Assembly: GCA_003558195.1 (NCBI GenBank)
Contig: PWMM01000100.1
Span: 1 to 24,724 of the forward strand
DNA: 24,724 bases
Direction: 5' to 3'
Source: Syntrophomonadaceae bacterium
GTDB taxonomy: Bacteria > Bacillota > Dethiobacteria > DTU022
In this document: positions 1-7,680 of the stretch, piece by piece
Numbering within the stretch: the stretch's first letter is position 1
Layout of the letters: the number at the start of each line of letters is the position of its first letter
The notes under the pieces: generated by a model
What the model was told of the DNA's origin: nothing
Database searches by the model: none
What the model saw: the letters and a program-made list of their open reading frames with translations, nothing else
Position numbers and translations under genes: made by a program

Positions 1-2
1 AA

Positions 3-968
3 GTTTATTTTCCAATCAAAGGCGGTTTTCTGGGCCAGACGGTAAACCATGTCAAGGCTGTGGACGGCATATCTTTTTCTGTTTTTGAAGGGGAAACTAT
101 TAGCCTGGTCGGTGAGTCGGGCTGTGGTAAATCTACAGCTGGCAGAGCCATATTGCGCCTGGAGCAGCCTTCTGCTGGTGAAGTCTATTACAACGGTGTA
201 AACCTGACCAGTCTTAGCAAGAAAGAACTGCGTTCCGTTCGCAAACACTTGCAGATAATTTTTCAGGATCCCTTTGCTTCTATTAACCCTCGCCAGACGG
301 TAATCCAGGTTCTTGAAGAAGCGCTCTTTATTCAAAAAATTGTCCCCCCTGAAAAACGCCGACAGAGAGCGCTTGAACTGCTTGAAACGGTTGGTCTGAA
401 AGAACATCAGGCAGATCGATACCCGCATGAGTTCAGCGGTGGACAACGCCAGAGAATCGGCATAGCCAGGGCTCTCTCTTTAAATCCGAAACTGGTTATC
501 TGCGATGAAGCTGTTTCTGCTTTAGATGTTTCGATCAGAGCCCAGATTCTAAACCTCTTAAAAAGGCTCCAGAGGGAATTTCATCTTACATATCTTTTCA
601 TTTCCCATGATCTAGGTGTAGTTCGCCATATATCTGATCGGGTTATAGTGATGTATTTGGGGCGGATAATGGAAATAGCCGATAAAGATTCACTCTTTGA
701 GAACGCCAGGCATCCTTATACAAAGGCATTGTTATCTGCGATGCCAGTTTTTAAACCGAGTCAGAAAAGAGAAAGAATAGTTTTAACTGGGGATGTGCCA
801 TCTTCCATAGATCCTCCCGGGGGATGTCGCTTCCATACACGGTGCCCTTATGTACAGGAAATCTGTAAAACGAAAATGCCTGAATTAAGAACATCCAACG
901 GGATGAAAGAAGGGCACCAGGCAGCTTGCCATTTATTTGAGGATATTTATAACGAAGCAGTTGGTTAG
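3..968 (+). CDS. oppF: Oligopeptide/dipeptide ABC transporter ATP-binding subunit (OppF/DppF type), 5'-truncated at window edge
   Basis: Frame is open from base 3 (VYFPIKGGFLGQTVNHVKAVDGISF). Walker A GESGCGKS, Q-loop IIFQDP, signature FSGGQRQR, Walker B VICDE, C-terminal oligo_HPY region (HPYTKALL...GCRFHTRCP...ACH). Confidence 0.95.
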   Translation, partial: VYFPIKGGFLGQTVNHVKAVDGISFSVFEGETISLVGESGCGKSTAGRAILRLEQPSAGEVYYNGVNLTSLSKKELRSVRKHLQIIFQDPFASINPRQTVIQVLEEALFIQKIVPPEKRRQRALELLETVGLKEHQADRYPHEFSGGQRQRIGIARALSLNPKLVICDEAVSALDVSIRAQILNLLKRLQREFHLTYLFISHDLGVVRHISDRVIVMYLGRIMEIADKDSLFENARHPYTKALLSAMPVFKPSQKRERIVLTGDVPSSIDPPGGCRFHTRCPYVQEICKTKMPELRTSNGMKEGHQAACHLFEDIYNEAVG

Positions 969-1056
969 TGCAAAGCTTCTAGAGATATATTTTTTTCCAT
1001 CGGATAACTATAATTTCCTGCAAAAAGTGATAAGAAATAAGGGGGCTTGAGGTGAA

Positions 1057-1233
1057 TTGAACTGCGAAGAACCTGTAACTAATCATTCAGATTGCGAGCC
1101 GTCATTATCCAAGGGTGCCAAAGAGAAAAATAAACGCTCTGGGAATAATAGTGGAGGTGTAAAGCATTATCCCGGTATTCTGGAAGAGGGTCTTGTATAT
1201 AGTTGTGCAGGCCCGAGAGCTGATCATGAATAG
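1057..1233 (+). CDS. Possible 58-aa small ORF (MNCEEPVTNHSDCEPS...YSCAGPRADHE), unknown
   Basis: Manually translated open frame TTG(1057)-TAG(1233) filling most of the oppF-aminotransferase gap; GAGG lies only 4 nt upstream; no family recognised. Confidence 0.25.
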   Translation: MNCEEPVTNHSDCEPSLSKGAKEKNKRSGNNSGGVKHYPGILEEGLVYSCAGPRADHE

Positions 1234-1278
1234 ATATAGCCGCACCTAATAAGCTCCCTATTTTAAGAGGTGATAATA

Positions 1279-2610
1279 ATGAATCAAAAGGATGCGGCCA
1301 AAGATAAATACGTTGCTCAGCGTCGACTGTCCTCACAATGGCATGAGCGGGCTAAAACTGTTTTTCCGTCAGAGGGTGCAACCCATTTTGCGCGGATATT
1401 TAATCCTTTCCGCCCTTATATCACTCATGCCAGTGGTATCAATAAATGGGACCTGGATGGTAATAAATATATTGACTATGTCCTTGGACACGGTGCTTTG
1501 CTGTTAGGGCACAATCACAAAGATATAGTAGAAGCAGTACAGGAACAAGTGGCCCGGGGAGTTCTATATGGTGAAAATCATACCCCTGAAGTAGAATGGG
1601 CGGAATTAATCCAGGAAATGATGCCTGGGGCTGAAAAGATCATGTTTTTCCCCTGTGGTAATGAAGCTAATATGATGGCTGTGAGGTTAGCCCGGGTCCA
1701 TACCGGAAGAAGCAAAATATTACGGTTTGAGAAGCATTATCACGGTTGGTCGGATGAACTTGCTTCTCCTGCTGAAACTGGTGTAAATCAGGATCAGGTG
1801 ACCATTATCCCACAAAATGACTTGGGAAGACTTGAAGAAGAGCTTTCCAGTAAACAGTATGCCGTACTTTTCACCGAGGCAGGTGGAGCATTCCTGGGTG
1901 GTAGAACTCCTCTAGAGCCTGATTTTGTTAAGCTTATTCCCACTATAACCCGAAAATATGGTACACTATGGACTCTTGATGAAGTTGTTACCGGATTACG
2001 GTTTGCTCCTGGAGGCTGGCAATCGATAGTGGGAATTAAACCAGATTTAACGACTCTTGGTAAATGTATTGGTGGAGGCTTGAGTGCAGGCGCTTTAGTA
2101 GGCAGGACTGAAATATTTGAACCACTGAAGCCAGGTGGTGTTTCCGGTAGGCAGGTAATGCATGGGGGAACCTGGAATGCAAACCCATTAACAGCAGCCG
2201 CCGGTATCGCAGCCTGTAAGCTTTTAAAATCTGGCGAACCCCAAATTAAAGCAGCAGAAAGTGCTTCTTATTTCCGCCAGGAAGGCAATAAGCTTCTCAA
2301 AGAAAAAGGTATTAGTGGGGCTTTTTACGGAAAATCATCCATTGTCTATTTATACCTTGGTCCGGTTGACTATTTCACTTCTGATGATACACTTCCCCCG
2401 GTTAAAGATTTGGATAAATTGGCTGATCCTGCTATGATGCCTGTTTTTAACCGGCTTTTACTGCATTTATTGCAAAGAGGAGTATCAAATTTAATCGGTT
2501 CTATCTATATTTTCTCTTATCTGCACACCAAGAAAGATCTTGACCACACTCTCTGCGCTTTAAGTGATGCTCTGCAAAACATGCTAGCAGAAGGTGCTTT
2601 TAAATCCTGA
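1279..2610 (+). CDS. Class III PLP-dependent aminotransferase, glutamate-1-semialdehyde aminomutase-like (probably not true HemL)
   Basis: WDLDGNKYIDY, YHGWSD, DEVVTGLR, PLP-lysine motif PDLTTLGKCIGGG, HGGTWNANPL. RBS AAGAGGTG favours ATG 1279 over GTG 1270. Confidence 0.88.
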   Translation: MNQKDAAKDKYVAQRRLSSQWHERAKTVFPSEGATHFARIFNPFRPYITHASGINKWDLDGNKYIDYVLGHGALLLGHNHKDIVEAVQEQVARGVLYGENHTPEVEWAELIQEMMPGAEKIMFFPCGNEANMMAVRLARVHTGRSKILRFEKHYHGWSDELASPAETGVNQDQVTIIPQNDLGRLEEELSSKQYAVLFTEAGGAFLGGRTPLEPDFVKLIPTITRKYGTLWTLDEVVTGLRFAPGGWQSIVGIKPDLTTLGKCIGGGLSAGALVGRTEIFEPLKPGGVSGRQVMHGGTWNANPLTAAAGIAACKLLKSGEPQIKAAESASYFRQEGNKLLKEKGISGAFYGKSSIVYLYLGPVDYFTSDDTLPPVKDLDKLADPAMMPVFNRLLLHLLQRGVSNLIGSIYIFSYLHTKKDLDHTLCALSDALQNMLAEGAFKS

Positions 2611-2818
2611 TTGATAATTTAACACTAATTGTTTTTACCCGTTTTTAGTTCACAGGTAACAAAGAATTTAATAATTATTTTTTGTATTTACAAGGAATTC
2701 AAAAAAGTTTGACGAACTTAAAGCTATTGATAATAGATGCTCTAACATTATCCAGTAAAAATGATTATGCTTATTACAGTGCTAACTAATTACAGTTATG
2801 AGCTAAGGGGTGAAAATA

Positions 2819-2926
2819 GTGATTGATATCGGGATGTATATCAATGCAATTATATTTATTGGCATTGTATTTTTTACTTTTATAGGTGTTTATGTTTTGT
2901 TTGTAAGGAATTTTAGAGAGAAATGA
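2819..2926 (+). CDS. 35-aa single-pass membrane peptide (MIDIGMYINAIIFIGIVFFTFIGVYVLFVRNFREK)
   Basis: Manually translated. SD AAGGGGTG (2805-2812) 6 nt before GTG; about 20 hydrophobic residues followed by a basic tail. Below the ORF-track cutoff. Confidence 0.6.
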   Translation: MIDIGMYINAIIFIGIVFFTFIGVYVLFVRNFREK

Positions 2927-3001
2927 TGGGAAATAATCTTTTATATAAATCTTAATAAAGGTATTGGAGGTTAGTTTGTTTGTGTAGATGAAAAGTGATG
3001 C

Positions 3002-4060
3002 TTAAGGTTCCTCCATGTATCGTCTTGGATTAACCGGGGATCCTTTATAGTGTACTTCGTAGTGAAGATGTGTTCCTGTAGTACGTCCGGAAGCTCCCAT
3101 ATATCCAATAGTTTGGCCTTTTTCCACAATATCACCTTTATTAACTGCGAAACCATCAAGGTGGGCATAGTAAGTCTCATAACCCGAGCCATGATAAATT
3201 ATTATCAGGTTGCCAAGGCTTCCCCGGTAACCCAGGAAAGTAACTTCTCCATTGGCGCTAGCTCTTACCTTAGAGCCGTGTGCACCGGCGATATCGACCC
3301 CGGTATGAAATTGATACCCACCGGCATAGGGAATGCTTCTTGTGCCAAAACCAGAGGTAACTCGCCCCCTTGCCGGCCACAAAGAAGGTTTAGACATAAT
3401 CTCTTCAAGTCTTGTTTCAATTTTCCCGATATATAATTCAACTTCATCTAGCGTATCAATTTGCTCGGGGATTACACCATGTAAAATGGTGATATTTTCA
3501 AATGCTCGATTAAACAGCATGTTTGAACTTGAATAATTACTGTATGATTGTGAAAAACTGTCAAAACTGTTATAAGGTTGTTCTAAGATGGTATATTCTG
3601 CCGATGATACAGCATTACTGTAGCTTCCTGTCTGATTATCCTGGTTAGAAAATCTGTAACGGCTTGAATCTTGAAAGGTTTTTCTGGTGGCGGTGATCCG
3701 GGTTTGAATGCTTTCTACATCATCCAATATATCAACATCATCAATCTTTTCTGTGATCTCTTCAATTAACTCATCCAGCTCCAATATCTGGTTCATTGCT
3801 TTTTCAGTTTCTATTGCAAGCGCATTAATTTCTTGTTCTTGGGCCCGGTTGATCTGGCGTAAATCTTCAACCTGGCTTGCTTCTGCTGAAACTTTTAAAA
3901 ATGAGTAACCCAAAAACGTGGAAGATGCTATTATAACTAACAAGAGCATAATTGCAAGCTGGATACCATAAAATGGTATACACAGGCTAAAGGTTGACTC
4001 CTCTGAATGAGGGATAACCATAATTGTAAAGCAACGTTTTTTGTTGTTTTCAGGTGCCAT
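3002..4060 (-). CDS. Membrane-anchored M23 family metallopeptidase (peptidoglycan hydrolase/activator)
   Basis: N-terminal FTIMVIPHS plus TM segment and coiled coil; C-terminal HTGVD (HxxxD), YAHL, GRTTGTHLHYEV (HxH). Confidence 0.93.
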   Translation of the reverse strand: MAPENNKKRCFTIMVIPHSEESTFSLCIPFYGIQLAIMLLLVIIASSTFLGYSFLKVSAEASQVEDLRQINRAQEQEINALAIETEKAMNQILELDELIEEITEKIDDVDILDDVESIQTRITATRKTFQDSSRYRFSNQDNQTGSYSNAVSSAEYTILEQPYNSFDSFSQSYSNYSSSNMLFNRAFENITILHGVIPEQIDTLDEVELYIGKIETRLEEIMSKPSLWPARGRVTSGFGTRSIPYAGGYQFHTGVDIAGAHGSKVRASANGEVTFLGYRGSLGNLIIIYHGSGYETYYAHLDGFAVNKGDIVEKGQTIGYMGASGRTTGTHLHYEVHYKGSPVNPRRYMEEP

Positions 4061-4251
4061 ATTTTATGATCTAATTCCTTTTTTAGCCTTTTAAAATAAG
4101 ACAATACAATTATGACTGTAATCAAACCATACGCACTTGTCATTATCTTTTATTCTTAACTAAAAGCTTAAAAATGCTAATTAGCAAAGCATAAACAAAG
4201 GATTTTATAACAATAGATAAGATAAATCATGTATTATTTTATATGTTTAAT

Positions 4252-4268
4252 GTTACAATAAAATTACA
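4252..4268 (-). promoter_or_regulatory. WalR (YycF)-type binding box TGTAAT-N5-TGTAAC
   Basis: Minus strand reads TGTAAT TTTAT TGTAAC, matching TGTWAH-N5-TGTWAH, about 190 nt upstream of and co-oriented with the M23 gene. Confidence 0.65.
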
Positions 4269-4433
4269 GTAAAGCCAAGTCTAAAAGTACAGAATCTCGT
4301 ATCAAGAAAACGCATCCTTAATTGAAGACATTTACACTGTTTTCATTTAGCTTTTCTTTATATAAATAGATGATGGAGTGGTTTTTTTGAAATGCTTAAA
4401 TAGCAATTTAATATATTGGAAAGGAGTGGTCTT

Positions 4434-5183
4434 ATGAGATCAAATAACATGGAAGAATGCCCGTATTGTAGAGAAAAAATAGACAGTAGTGATCCTAAAT
4501 GTCAATATTGTGATTCTATGCTCGATAATAATGATTCTTTTACGGGAGAGTCCGTAAGAAAAAAAAGGCCTGCCCAGAAGATTACCATTGTTAAATCTCC
4601 CAGGAAGAAATGGCTTTTATGGGTACCGGTGCTATTGATTCTAATTGTTTCTCTTGTCTTTTTAGGAGAATCATTAGCAACGCCTGATGACGATTTTACT
4701 GTAGCTGATGATGATGGTGAACTAATAGATGAGGATGCTGAAGAAAGCATTTTTGGAGATGATTTAGAAGTAACAGATCTTGATCAGCCCGGGAATGATC
4801 TAGAGGAAGCTGAATTTGCGGAAGATCTAGTAACAGTGGATTCTATAAATCGAAAATATGAACCTAAGTTTGAGGCTTTAGAAGATGAAATAACTGCTGA
4901 ACTAATCAAATTGTTTAATGCTGCGATGCAAGAATATGAACAGGCTAACGGGGGAGTTCTTTTTCAACTTCAACTGGTTAATAAATATATGAGAAAAGTG
5001 CGCCAAGTTGAAAGCAGGGCAGACGAAAGGTTTTATAAGATCCTCGACCAGATGGAAGAAGAATTGGTGGAGAACGATTTGTCTACCGCTATTATTTCTG
5101 AGTTAGAGGAGGACTACTTAAGAGATAAGCAGGAGAAAAAACGTGAGCTAACTAATTTTCTTCAAAATCCTAACCTCGACTAG
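4434..5183 (+). CDS. Hypothetical membrane protein: N-terminal zinc ribbon (CPYC...CQYC), one TM helix, acidic linker, helical C-terminal domain
   Basis: Two CxxC pairs; WLLWVPVLLILIVSLVFLG TM; D/E-rich tract. RBS GGAAAGGAG favours ATG 4434 over TTG 4416. Confidence 0.85.
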   Translation: MRSNNMEECPYCREKIDSSDPKCQYCDSMLDNNDSFTGESVRKKRPAQKITIVKSPRKKWLLWVPVLLILIVSLVFLGESLATPDDDFTVADDDGELIDEDAEESIFGDDLEVTDLDQPGNDLEEAEFAEDLVTVDSINRKYEPKFEALEDEITAELIKLFNAAMQEYEQANGGVLFQLQLVNKYMRKVRQVESRADERFYKILDQMEEELVENDLSTAIISELEEDYLRDKQEKKRELTNFLQNPNLD

Positions 5184-5290
5184 CTCGTTCAAAAAGGACT
5201 GGATCCATTAGCCGTGGAAATTGAAATGGCGGTATCTTGACTCCTTATCATAAAAAGGGGTTGACCAAAACTCTAAAGGAGGTACTGCCA

Positions 5291-5368
5291 GTGTCAGAAT
5301 GTCACAAGGCTATTGAACAGTTTACAGTTAAAAGTGATTGGATTTCTAAACTACAGGCCTTATATTGA
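5291..5368 (+). CDS. Possible 25-aa peptide (MSECHKAIEQFTVKSDWISKLQALY)
   Basis: Strong SD AAGGAGGT (5276-5283) 7 nt before GTG 5291; stop TGA 5366-5368. No family recognised. Confidence 0.4.
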   Translation: MSECHKAIEQFTVKSDWISKLQALY

Positions 5369-5503
5369 TAAACCGTTAGCGAAGCAGCGGGTTCTCTAAA
5401 AGATTGTTAAAAACTTGCACAGTGGTTTTTTCAGGATTAGAACATATCTTGCCATTTTAGGTAAGGCTTTTAGCCAGGGGCTTGATTTTATATTGCAAAA
5501 CAG

Positions 5504-6025
5504 GTGATGGAAATGGCTAAATCCGGTGAATATACGGTCAAAAGATTTCTGGAAAGCAAAAATCTAAGGGTAGAAAAAATTCCTGAAATAGATATCAAAA
5601 CGGCTGATTTCGAAGTCTATAATAACAATAAGTTGCTCTGCTTTTTAGAAGAAAAAACTATTGATTTCACCCTGCCTGTTTGGAATAACGAAATGGCTTT
5701 CTTTAATGCATTGGCTAAACATATTTATGAATCTATAAAACAGTTTAAAAGTATTAATCCCGGCAAAAAAGTTCCCAATGTATTGTCTTTAACAAACCTG
5801 GTTCCGGCCAGATCAATTAATGATTTATTCATTACACTAACCGGCCAGATCATAACTTCAAAAGGTAAACTGCGCTCTATTGATAACATGAAACGAGTTG
5901 AAAAAGATTTAGCACTCATTGATCTTTATCTCTGGTTTGATAATGATCAATATTCCGGCTACATTTGCGATGAAGAGCAATCTCCAATGGGAGAAAAAGT
6001 CGCCCGGGTGATGGGGCTTAATTAA
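5504..6025 (+). CDS. Hypothetical protein with PD-(D/E)XK nuclease-like motif
   Basis: E9...T-A-D35-F...E49-E-K51 pattern (numbered from GTG 5504). The real start may be ATG 5507 or 5513. Confidence 0.7.
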   Translation: MMEMAKSGEYTVKRFLESKNLRVEKIPEIDIKTADFEVYNNNKLLCFLEEKTIDFTLPVWNNEMAFFNALAKHIYESIKQFKSINPGKKVPNVLSLTNLVPARSINDLFITLTGQIITSKGKLRSIDNMKRVEKDLALIDLYLWFDNDQYSGYICDEEQSPMGEKVARVMGLN

Positions 6026-6034
6026 AGGAGATCT

Positions 6035-6646
6035 CTAATTGGGTTGATAATGTATATTATGCTCAAGAGAAGGATCTTGATCTTTTTGAAGATCCCACCA
6101 TTCACTTCCAAGGTTACTTTCATAAGTGATGCCAAACTCATTTTTAAGCCCTCTTATGATCTGGTTATAGCGGTTCATTAGCTCAACTTTTCTTTCCTGG
6201 TTGGCACTCTGATACTCTTCTTCGATTGCTTGTAAAGCCTCTTTGGCTTTCTTAACATTTTTATCTTCAGATGGATCTATACTTTTTTGATCTAAGCTAT
6301 CGTTGACTGAAGAGGTATCCATTGCCTGGAGGTTTTGGTTTTGGTCTTGATTTGCAACAGGTTCTTCATGATCATTAGCGGTGTTAATATCCGGGTCTGC
6401 TAATATTGTGGGTTGATCAAGATCCTGCTCAAGCGGTTCTTCTGAAAGTGACTCCAAGCTATCATTATAATCAGGTTCTATAACAGCACGGTGGCTCATG
6501 TGCAGCCAACCAGGGAGACCTCTCTTTGCATTAAAGCTTTCCAATTCTGAATTATTTGTTTGTTGATGATCAATAAAATCACAGCCGCCAGTTATGATTA
6601 GCATTATTAATAATAGTATATAACCCTTTTGCTTACATACAATCAT
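6035..6646 (-). CDS. Hypothetical putative lipoprotein
   Basis: RBS CAGGAG; basic then hydrophobic N-terminus ending ITGG-C (imperfect lipobox); low-complexity D/Q/E/N linker; C-terminal helical segment. Confidence 0.7.
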   Translation of the reverse strand: MIVCKQKGYILLLIMLIITGGCDFIDHQQTNNSELESFNAKRGLPGWLHMSHRAVIEPDYNDSLESLSEEPLEQDLDQPTILADPDINTANDHEEPVANQDQNQNLQAMDTSSVNDSLDQKSIDPSEDKNVKKAKEALQAIEEEYQSANQERKVELMNRYNQIIRGLKNEFGITYESNLGSEWWDLQKDQDPSLEHNIHYQPN

Positions 6647-6932
6647 AACGCTTTCTCCTGATTTTTAGAAAATAGGCATCGATTGTTTTTCAGGAAAGCA
6701 ACATCAAGACCAATTAAACTGAAGCTTATTAAAAAAATGGTCTCTTAATATGCATCAGTGGATTTTCAACGGGGTTTATTTCAATAAAAAATAACCCCTA
6801 TTAAAATACTTTTTTCTTAGAGTTGAAGCTAATAATAAATGCCTCTAGTTTTATAAATAGATGGTAGTATTTATTAAAGTGCAAATCGTTTAAATCATAT
6901 TAAGTAAAGAGATGCTCATTAATTTAGTACAA

Positions 6933-7052
6933 TTAATTCAGGATGTTTATGAGCCACTCAATAAAGTCAAATGCATCCCTGTAATCACAACCTGTTAAAA
7001 AAAGTGAACCGAACAGCAACACAAAAAATGCAAAATACCAGGTTTTATTCAT
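6933..7052 (-). CDS. 39-aa mini-lipoprotein (MNKTWYFAFFVLLFGSLFLTGC-DYRDAFDFIEWLINILN)
   Basis: Manually translated. GGAGG (7065-7061) 8 nt before ATG; canonical signal peptide II with LTGC lipobox; TAA at 6935-6933. Missed by the ORF track. Confidence 0.7.
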   Translation of the reverse strand: MNKTWYFAFFVLLFGSLFLTGCDYRDAFDFIEWLINILN

Positions 7053-7093
7053 TTTTCGTTCCTCCAGTTTATCTATTCTTAATCTTTATTTTA

Positions 7094-7117
7094 CTATAAA
7101 TGTGCTCACATTTATAG
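7094..7117. repeat. Perfect inverted repeat CTATAAATGTG-CT-CACATTTATAG (operator or stem-loop)
   Basis: 11-bp arms with 2-nt spacer, between the chrA2 stop (7150) and the mini-lipoprotein RBS. Confidence 0.8.
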
Positions 7118-7149
7118 CAGTAAACTTTTCTTATTTGAATTTATGATCT

Positions 7150-7680
7150 TTAACTAAAAACAAATCCTCCATAAATTAATGCTGCCAATAGAATAAAGCC
7201 TGGATGAATGTTGAATTTTTCTAAGCATAGTAAACTAATAAAGCCCATCAATATAGTATGCGCAAAACCGATTTGATTATATGAATCCTTTAAAAAGCTG
7301 TAAGCCATGATTGTGAGCATAACAGCAATAGCTGGTTAAACAAAAACTGTTAGCCTTTTCACACGAACGGAGTCTCTATACCGGTAGAGGATGCTTAAAA
7401 GTGCTATCATTAAAAGCAGTGAAGGTACAACAGTAGCTAGTAAGGCTACAATCCCTCCTGTTATCCCTCCTACTTCATAACCAATATATGCTGCCATTTT
7501 AGTAGCAATTGGACCCGGTAAAACATTTCCAAACGCCAGTGCTTCTCCAAATTCCACCCTGGTTAACCACCCATAACGGTGAACCACTTCATATTCTATT
7601 AAGGGGATTGCAGCCGGTCCGCCACCATATGCGATTATCCCCGGGATAAAAAAAGCAAGAAATATTTGCCAGTATATCAA
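7150..7680 (-). pseudogene. chrA: Short-chain chromate transporter (CHR), second subunit, interrupted by in-frame TAA at 7338-7336
   Basis: YGGGPAAIP and LPGPIATK motifs. Reading past the stop gives PAIAVMLTIMAYSF...NIHPGFILLAALIYGGFVFS* in the same frame, for a full-length 176 aa. TTG start overlaps the upstream TGA. Confidence 0.85.

Noticed and set aside
1039-1100. TPP-riboswitch-like words (GGGG..TGAG, GAACCTG, TAAT)
   Set aside because: The CTGAGA motif and the P4/P5 pairing around TAAT are absent, and the downstream gene is not thiamine-related.
1279-2610. Calling the aminotransferase hemL
   Set aside because: HemL-specific motifs are altered and there is no hem gene context; only the family call is supported.
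2710-2716. Spo0A box TGACGAA upstream of the 35-aa ORF
   Set aside because: A single short motif is expected by chance in 25 kb; it could equally be part of a -35 element.
2971-3192. 73-aa ORF as a bactofilin or other partner following the M23 gene
   Set aside because: It is an alternate frame inside the M23 3' end with no bactofilin-like repeats.
6771-6798. GGGGTTTATT...AATAACCCC hairpin as a terminator
   Set aside because: No U-tract on the transcribed (minus) strand and 135 nt from the nearest stop; function unsupported.
7336-7338. Selenocysteine/pyrrolysine readthrough of the chrA stop
   Set aside because: The codon is TAA, not TGA or TAG.
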